From Longimicrobiales bacterium (GTDB lineage: Bacteria; Gemmatimonadota; Gemmatimonadetes; Longimicrobiales; Gaopeijiaceae): a stretch of DNA of 64,000 nucleotides. The notes under the pieces are model-generated. The model was not told the DNA's origin and ran no database searches. It was given only the letters and a program-made list of their open reading frames with translations. Of the stretch, positions 57,765 through 64,000 are shown one piece after another. The stretch is taken from NCBI GenBank assembly GCA_963664435.2, contig CAXXKM010000003.1:960001-1024000 (forward strand), written 5' to 3'. Position numbers and translations under genes: made by a program. The first letter of the stretch is position 1. Each line of letters opens with the position of its first letter.

Positions 57765-60193
57765 CGGGGGCGGGGTGGGCCGGCGGCCGGCGGCTGGGCC
57801 GATGCCGCGGGCTTCTTCCAATCGGGATCGTCTGCCTCGGCGTCCTCTCCACACCCCCGCATCCGGTTCGGGCGCAAGAGGCACCTGACGGTGCGCCGCT
57901 CGCCGAAGACGCCTTCGCCGACCCGGACGCGCGAACTCTCTTTCTGGCCGCGCAGGCGAACTGGAGATCCGTAGAGCAGTCGGTTCTGCGCTACCAGGCG
58001 GTCATCCGGCAGCGGATCGCGGCCACCATTCGGGCTCCGCTCAAGGACAGGGTGATCTACCGGGACGAGACCGCGGTACGCGCGTTCTGGGATCATGAAT
58101 ACGACGCGGTGGTGCAGGTTCTGGGCGCGAAGTCGCAGTACCCCGGCTGGTCGACGGCGCGTAGCGAGGGCGACATGGACTGGCTCGACGACCTGGCCTT
58201 CGACGAGCCCTTCGACCCGGGCGGTGACCGACTGTTCTTCGGTGCCACCGAGGCCGAGTTCGAACCCGGCAGCGCCATCGAGCACCCCCTGGCCACGGGC
58301 GCCGACCGCCGCTATCGGTATGCGAGCGGCGACACGCTGACCCTTTCCTTCGCCGACGGACGGCGTCTGCGTACGGTGCAACTGGACGTGATCCCCCGCG
58401 AGGCGGACATCCATCTCATCGTGGGCACGCTCTGGATCGAGCCTGAATCCGGCGCGCTGGTGCGCGCGGTCTACAGGCTGAGCCGCCAGTTCGATTTCCT
58501 GCGCGATCTGCAGGAACTCCAGGAGGAGCAGGAAGCCGGCGCGTTCCGGTTCGTGCCCGGCGTCTTCAAGCCCTGGACCTTCGATCTCTCCATGATCGCG
58601 GTCGATTACAGCCTGTGGGATTTCGAGGTCTGGCTTCCGCACTACATGCGCTTCGAGGGTCAGATCAGCGCCGGCATCGTCAAGTTTCCGTTGGAGATGG
58701 ATGTCTCGTACCAGATGGAGTCGGTGACCACGCGCGCCGACATCGAGCGGGCCGAGGCCGAGGCCGCGGCGCGGGACGCCGAGCGACCCGAACCGGTCGC
58801 GGCCCCGGAACTCACCGAACGGCACTTCGAGACGCGGGCTGAGGCGATGGCCTTCTTGGCGCGACTGCTCTCCGAGGAGGGGGGCGTGGAGTACGAGAGC
58901 GCCGAGGAGAGCGACTTCGCCGCGGAGCGGGACGCGTTCATCATCGCGCCCAGGGAGCGGAGCCTGGTGTTGACCAGCCCGGAACTCCCACCTCCGATCT
59001 GGGACGAGGCGGTGGGCTTTCCATCCGGTGAACAGGTCGGCGATTACTTCGCAAGCCTGGCCGACCTGGCCGCCCCGGATGTGCCCGGGATCCCCTGGGC
59101 GCTGGACTGGGGATGGGGCCGGCCGGGGCTGATCCGCTACAACCGGGTCGAGGGACCCGCCGCCGGGCTCGACTTCAGAAGCGACCTCGCCGGAACGTAC
59201 AGGCTGAACACGAGCGCATTCCTGGGGATCTCGGATCTCGAACCCAAGGCGCGCGTCGAGATCGAACGGGAGACGCTGCGCCGGCGCCTGACGCTCGGGG
59301 TCTACCGCGAGCTCGTCTCCACCAGCCCGCGCGCCGGGCATCTCGGGTTCGGCAATTCGCTGAACGCCGTCTTTCTGGGACGGGACGAGGGAGAGTACTT
59401 CCAGGCCGCGGGCGCCGACCTCACCTGGCGTCCCCCGGCCGTCGCGCGTCAGTGGTTCGAGGCCCGGGCATACGTGGAACGCCAGGAGGCCGCGCGGGCC
59501 CAGGCAGGGTTCGCCCTCTTCCACGTGCTCGACGACAGCTGGGACTTTCGGCCCAACGTGGCCGCCGACCCGGTCGACGAGCTGGGAACGGAGATGCGGC
59601 TGTCGCCGTGGTGGGGGGAAGATCCGCATCTCACCCAGGTCGGGGTCGAACTCTACGGCCAGGCCGCCCGGCGATGGCCTGCTTCCGGGGGCGACGCCGC
59701 CAGCTACGGCCGGGCCAGCGCCGTGCTGCGGGTGGCCGCGCCGCTGTCGGCCCGGAGGTGGCGACTGGGATTCGAGCTCGCCGGCGGGACTACCTTCGGC
59801 GACGCCACCGTGCAGCGGGCCTGGTTCCTGGGGGGCACCCGGTCGCTGCGCGGACACCCGCCGTCGGCGGTCTGGGGACCGTCTTTCGGCCGTGGCCGGG
59901 TGGAGGTCGCGCGCACCCACGACATCGGCACCCTGAGCGTCTTCACCGATGCCGGATGGGCCAGTTACGCGGGTAGCCACCACCGCGAGGACGACGGCCT
60001 CGGCGGGTTCGACCGGGCCGGTCCCGGTTCGGTGGGCACACCAACCCCGGCAACCGACCACGACGGTCTTCTCTTCGGCGTCGGTGTCGGTGCGAGCCTG
60101 TTCGACGGCCTCATGCGCACCGACATCTCCTACGGGCTCAACGGGCCCTCACGCGAGTTCTGGATCGCCTTCTACCTGGACTCGCTGCTCTGA
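57761..60193 (+). CDS. Secreted/outer-membrane protein with a probable C-terminal beta-barrel
   Basis: Signal peptide; RYNRVEG; amphipathic strands ending FWIAFYLDSLL; ATGA-coupled to the upstream gene. Confidence 0.72.
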   Translation: MTGAGWAGGRRLGRCRGLLPIGIVCLGVLSTPPHPVRAQEAPDGAPLAEDAFADPDARTLFLAAQANWRSVEQSVLRYQAVIRQRIAATIRAPLKDRVIYRDETAVRAFWDHEYDAVVQVLGAKSQYPGWSTARSEGDMDWLDDLAFDEPFDPGGDRLFFGATEAEFEPGSAIEHPLATGADRRYRYASGDTLTLSFADGRRLRTVQLDVIPREADIHLIVGTLWIEPESGALVRAVYRLSRQFDFLRDLQELQEEQEAGAFRFVPGVFKPWTFDLSMIAVDYSLWDFEVWLPHYMRFEGQISAGIVKFPLEMDVSYQMESVTTRADIERAEAEAAARDAERPEPVAAPELTERHFETRAEAMAFLARLLSEEGGVEYESAEESDFAAERDAFIIAPRERSLVLTSPELPPPIWDEAVGFPSGEQVGDYFASLADLAAPDVPGIPWALDWGWGRPGLIRYNRVEGPAAGLDFRSDLAGTYRLNTSAFLGISDLEPKARVEIERETLRRRLTLGVYRELVSTSPRAGHLGFGNSLNAVFLGRDEGEYFQAAGADLTWRPPAVARQWFEARAYVERQEAARAQAGFALFHVLDDSWDFRPNVAADPVDELGTEMRLSPWWGEDPHLTQVGVELYGQAARRWPASGGDAASYGRASAVLRVAAPLSARRWRLGFELAGGTTFGDATVQRAWFLGGTRSLRGHPPSAVWGPSFGRGRVEVARTHDIGTLSVFTDAGWASYAGSHHREDDGLGGFDRAGPGSVGTPTPATDHDGLLFGVGVGASLFDGLMRTDISYGLNGPSREFWIAFYLDSLL

Positions 60194-60252
60194 TTCCCCG
60201 ACGAGGGAAAGCCCGCCCGGCATTCAACGCGGATCCAATCCGCGGATGCCGG

Positions 60253-60278
60253 AGTTAGCTAAACTAGTTTGACTAACT
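60253..60278. other. AT-rich imperfect palindrome between convergent genes
   Basis: agttagctaaactagtttgactaact, 22/26 self-complementary, centred on ACTAGT. Confidence 0.6.
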
Positions 60279-60282
60279 TAGT

Positions 60283-61290
60283 TTATCCACTCACGTAGCG
60301 GCAGCGGCCCTGGCGGCAGCGAATCCCGGTCAGCTCCTGGCTCACCCGCTTCAGCCGCGCCCGCGCGCCGGCGTCGTAAGCCTGGTCGTTGGCCCTGGTG
60401 GGACGGAGCCCGCTGAAGTACTGCCCGCTCTCGTAGTCGTCGGAATCCACGAGCTGCATTACGGCGTCCGCGCCCTCGTCGATGGTCGAGCGCGGCTCCA
60501 CGCCCGCCCGGCGCACCATGCCGGTGGGCATGTAGGTCGCCGGATGCAACGAGCCGACCACGATGCCGGTCCCTTCCAGTTCCTCGGCCAGATCGTGGGT
60601 AAACATCACCTGGGCCAGCTTGCTCTGGGCGTAGGCGCGCCGTCCGCTGAAGTCGTTCTCGATCATGACGTCGGTGAAGTCGATCGGCGTCTGCGCCCCC
60701 GATGAGACGTTCACGATGCGCGCCGGCGCGCTGTCCAGCAGCCGCGGCATCAGCATGTGCGTGAGCAGGAAGGTGGAGAGGTAATTGACCTGGAACCGAT
60801 ACTCGTGGCCATCCTCCGTCAGCAGCCTCTCGTCCGGCGCCGACCCGAAACCGGCGTTGTTGATGAGGAGGTCCAGGCGGCCGTAGTCGGCGAGCAGGGT
60901 CTCCGCGAACCGCCGCACGTCCGCGAGCGAGGCCAGGTCGGCGCGGTAGAAGCGGGCATTGCCCGGCCCCTCCGCGTTGATGGCGTCCACCACCTCCGCG
61001 CCGCGTTCCTCGTTGCGCCCGTGCACGATCACGTGATTGCCCCGGGCGCCGAGCCGCAGGGCGAGTTCCCTTCCCAGCCCCGAAGTAGATCCGGTCACCA
61101 GCGCCACCTGCTGATCGGGAGCGGGGACGGCGGGCGCCTGGGCGAAGGCGTGGCTCGGAAACCCGGCCCAGACGGCAACCAGCAAAGGAGCCGCGAACAA
61201 GGTGCAACCGCGCCACGAGGCAGCCTTCACCGGCCTACTCGCAACGTGAGCAGATCGCCAATGTGCCGCCTGCCGCCTGATCCTGATCAT
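60283..61290 (-). CDS. SDR oxidoreductase (retinol dehydrogenase-like) with an N-terminal signal-like extension
   Basis: TGSTSGLG, INNAG, NVSS, YAQSK; GGAAGGAG RBS. Confidence 0.92.
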   Translation of the reverse strand: MIRIRRQAAHWRSAHVASRPVKAASWRGCTLFAAPLLVAVWAGFPSHAFAQAPAVPAPDQQVALVTGSTSGLGRELALRLGARGNHVIVHGRNEERGAEVVDAINAEGPGNARFYRADLASLADVRRFAETLLADYGRLDLLINNAGFGSAPDERLLTEDGHEYRFQVNYLSTFLLTHMLMPRLLDSAPARIVNVSSGAQTPIDFTDVMIENDFSGRRAYAQSKLAQVMFTHDLAEELEGTGIVVGSLHPATYMPTGMVRRAGVEPRSTIDEGADAVMQLVDSDDYESGQYFSGLRPTRANDQAYDAGARARLKRVSQELTGIRCRQGRCRYVSG

Positions 61291-61461
61291 GACATGCTCT
61301 CCTTCCCAGGGCCGCGTCCTCGACTTGGCAGCAAGTTAGACGCGGTCATCCCGGGGCGACAGAGGCTCACGTTGGAGCCAACCCGTCCCAGGGCGCGAAA
61401 CCGTCCGCAACCCGGGCTCGTACGGGCCGCCGTTCTTCAACTGACAACGGGAGGGGTGGGG

Positions 61462-64000
61462 ATGAAGAGGAATTACATCGGGCATATGCTCGGGATGATG
61501 CTGGCGCTGGCGGGCCCGGGCGCCGGGATCCAGGCGCAGGAACAGGGGTCGGACGCATCACCGGGGGGCGCGCTGGTCGTACCCGGATGCTGTAGCGACG
61601 AGGACGTGCCAATTCTCCCGGCGACGCGCGTCGCCGATGCGGACATTTCGGTCGACGGCCTGATGGGGGAGGCTGCCTGGGGGGCGGCCGCCGTGGCCAC
61701 CAGATTCACCCAGTTCCAGCCCGACGAGGGCCAGCCCGCGAACCAGCGAACCGAGGCTCGCGTCCTTTACGGCGCCACAGCCCTGTTCGTGTTCATGCGG
61801 GCACATGACACCAGCCCGGACGAGATCGCGAGCCAGCTGACGCGCCGCGACCAGCAGTCGTATTCGGATCTGCTGGGCGTGGTCATCGACTCCTACTTCG
61901 ACCGGCGCACGGCCTTCCAGTTCACCGTCAACCCCGACGGCGTGAAACAGGACGTCTACCGGTTCGAGGACACCGGGGAGGACACGGGATGGGACGCGGT
62001 CTGGGACGTCGCGACCGCGCGCGATGAAGCGGGATGGAGCGCCGAGTTCCGCATCCCCTACTCCCAGCTGCGCTTCCGGGATCAGGAGGAGCAGACCTGG
62101 GGCATCAACTTCGTGCGGCATCTCGCGCGCCGGGAGGAACTCTCGGCGTGGGCGCCCACGACCCGCGCCGACGGCGGCATCGTGTCGCGCTTCGGGGAGC
62201 TGCGCGGGCTGCGGGACCTCGATCCGCCGCGGCGGCTGGAAGTCCTGCCGTATTCGCTGGCCAGCCTCAGGCGCGCTCCCGGGGACGAGGCCAATCCCTT
62301 CTATCGTGCGAACGACCGGCTGGCGTCGGTCGGGGCCGACATCAAGTACGGGGTGACCTCCGACATCACTCTGGACGTGACCATCAACCCCGACTTCGGG
62401 CAGGTCGAGGCGGACCCCGCCCAGGTGAACCTCACGGCGTTCGAGACCTTCCTCCCGGAACGCAGGCCGTTCTTCCTTGAAGGCGCGGGCATCTTCAACT
62501 TCGGCATCGCCCTGGGAGACGGGGATGGCGCCAACGAATCGCTGTTCTATTCGCGCAGGATCGGGCGCGCGCCCCAGGGATGGGCGGATCCGCAGGGGGG
62601 GTTCGCGGATGCGGACGACCAGACCACGATCCTGGGCGCCTGGAAGCTCTCCGGCAAAACGGCCGGCGGTTGGTCGATCGGGGCGCTGCACGCGTTGACC
62701 TCCGAAGAGCGTGCTGATGTCGCCCCAGGCACCGGCGACCCGTTCCAGCGGCCGGTCGAGCCGTTCTCCAACCATGGGGTCCTGAGGCTGCAGAAGGACT
62801 TTTCGGAGGGCCGTTCGTCGGTGGGGTTCATCGGCACCACGGTTAATCGGGACAGCGGAGTCGCCGACGACCTGGGGCTGAGGTCCGCGGCCTACACCGG
62901 CGGCGTCGATTTCAGGCACCGCTTCGGGGGTGACGCCTGGCAGCTCGAGGGATACGCCCTCGGCTCCCATGTGCGGGGTTCGCCGGACGCCATCGCCCGG
63001 ACGCAGCGTTCGCCGGCCCGGTACTACCAGCGTCCCGATGCGGGGCATGTGAGCTACGACGCCGAGCGCACCAGCCTGGGAGGAGGCGCGGCCAACTTCG
63101 GGATCATGAAGTTCGCCGGGAGCCCCTGGCGCGTCGGCACCGGATTCCAGACGCGCACGCCCGGCTTCGAGGTCAACGACCTGGGCTACCAGCGCGACGC
63201 CGACTACCTCGTGCACTGGGTCTGGGGCGGGTATCACAACTCCACGCCCCAGGGCCCCTTCCGCAACTGGTTCGTCAACCTCAACGCCTGGAACGTCTGG
63301 AACTACGACCGGGATCGCGCCGGTACCGGAGGCAACGTCAACGTCAACTTCCAGCTCCAGAATTTCTGGCACGGCTACGCGGGGGTAAACCAGGAGCTGG
63401 GGGCCTGGTCCGACGGTCTTCTGCGGGGCGGACCGCTCGTCAGGACCGAAGGGCAGACCAATTTCTGGGCGGGATTCGGCAGCGACGCCCGCAAGCCGGT
63501 CCGGATCAACGTCAACTCATGGGGCAACGTTCGCCCCGAGAGCGATTCGTGGTCCTTTGGCGTTGCGCCCACGCTGCGCGTGCGCCCATCGGGCAGAGCC
63601 ACCTTCAACCTCGGCGTCATGCTCAACCGCAACCTCGACGACCGCCAGTGGGTCCGGCGCATCGACACCGACGCCCCCAACTACCTCTTCGGGCGCATCG
63701 AACAAACCACCGTGGGGCTGACAGCGCGCATGGACTACGCCTTCACGCCCAACCTCTCGTTGCAGGTGTACGCCCAGCCCTTCGTGGGCTCGGGCAGCTA
63801 CGGCGACTTCAAGCGCGTGGCCGACCCGCGCGCGGAGCGCTACGCAGACCGTTTCGAGGCCGTGGAGGTGCTCTCCGAGGACGACCGCTACCTGGCCGAG
63901 CTGGACGGGAGCCCGGTGTCGTTCGGGGATCCGGATTTCAGCTTCAGGCAGTTCCGGTCCAACACGGTCCTCAGGTGGGAGTACTCGCCGGGGTCGGTGC
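61462..64000 (+). CDS. CBM9-like plus DUF5916 outer-membrane-associated protein (3' truncated; absent from the ORF track)
   Basis: Manual translation: signal peptide, VDGLMGEAAW, WSAEFRIPYSQLRF, TINPDFGQVEAD, ERRPFFLEG, LFYSRRIG. Confidence 0.88.
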   Translation, partial: MKRNYIGHMLGMMLALAGPGAGIQAQEQGSDASPGGALVVPGCCSDEDVPILPATRVADADISVDGLMGEAAWGAAAVATRFTQFQPDEGQPANQRTEARVLYGATALFVFMRAHDTSPDEIASQLTRRDQQSYSDLLGVVIDSYFDRRTAFQFTVNPDGVKQDVYRFEDTGEDTGWDAVWDVATARDEAGWSAEFRIPYSQLRFRDQEEQTWGINFVRHLARREELSAWAPTTRADGGIVSRFGELRGLRDLDPPRRLEVLPYSLASLRRAPGDEANPFYRANDRLASVGADIKYGVTSDITLDVTINPDFGQVEADPAQVNLTAFETFLPERRPFFLEGAGIFNFGIALGDGDGANESLFYSRRIGRAPQGWADPQGGFADADDQTTILGAWKLSGKTAGGWSIGALHALTSEERADVAPGTGDPFQRPVEPFSNHGVLRLQKDFSEGRSSVGFIGTTVNRDSGVADDLGLRSAAYTGGVDFRHRFGGDAWQLEGYALGSHVRGSPDAIARTQRSPARYYQRPDAGHVSYDAERTSLGGGAANFGIMKFAGSPWRVGTGFQTRTPGFEVNDLGYQRDADYLVHWVWGGYHNSTPQGPFRNWFVNLNAWNVWNYDRDRAGTGGNVNVNFQLQNFWHGYAGVNQELGAWSDGLLRGGPLVRTEGQTNFWAGFGSDARKPVRINVNSWGNVRPESDSWSFGVAPTLRVRPSGRATFNLGVMLNRNLDDRQWVRRIDTDAPNYLFGRIEQTTVGLTARMDYAFTPNLSLQVYAQPFVGSGSYGDFKRVADPRAERYADRFEAVEVLSEDDRYLAELDGSPVSFGDPDFSFRQFRSNTVLRWEYSPGSV

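Noticed and set aside
61558..63372. 604-aa minus-strand ORF
   Set aside because: Shadow of the plus-strand DUF5916 gene that runs off the window.

Overview
This is a high-GC bacterial chromosomal window. It has many TonB receptors, DUF2911, DUF5916 and NHL proteins and secreted peptidases, which resembles Gemmatimonadota or Acidobacteriota (inference only). It holds about 50 genes, one tRNA(CAT, Ile2-like), an intact IS630 inserted in a stop codon, and an Xre/RES toxin-antitoxin pair. Two genes are split in the ORF track because each has an in-frame UGA at a catalytic Cys position followed by a SECIS-like hairpin. One is the formate dehydrogenase alpha subunit (29892-32603). The other is an OsmC-like selenoprotein (8369-8827, minus). 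The OsmC-like gene is translationally coupled to a Tat-exported molybdopterin oxidoreductase and followed by a cytochrome c, a small membrane protein, a HAD hydrolase and a SnoaL protein. This operon is my best candidate for an undescribed system. Also present: a RuBisCO-like protein-cupin-mtnA operon (MTA-isoprenoid shunt type), a ThDP lyase-frc pair, a dihaem cytochrome-quinoprotein pair lacking the vicinal Cys-Cys, an unannotated 31-aa membrane peptide before an SSS transporter, and an output-less dCache sensor. All family calls come from motifs recognised by eye; no searches were run.
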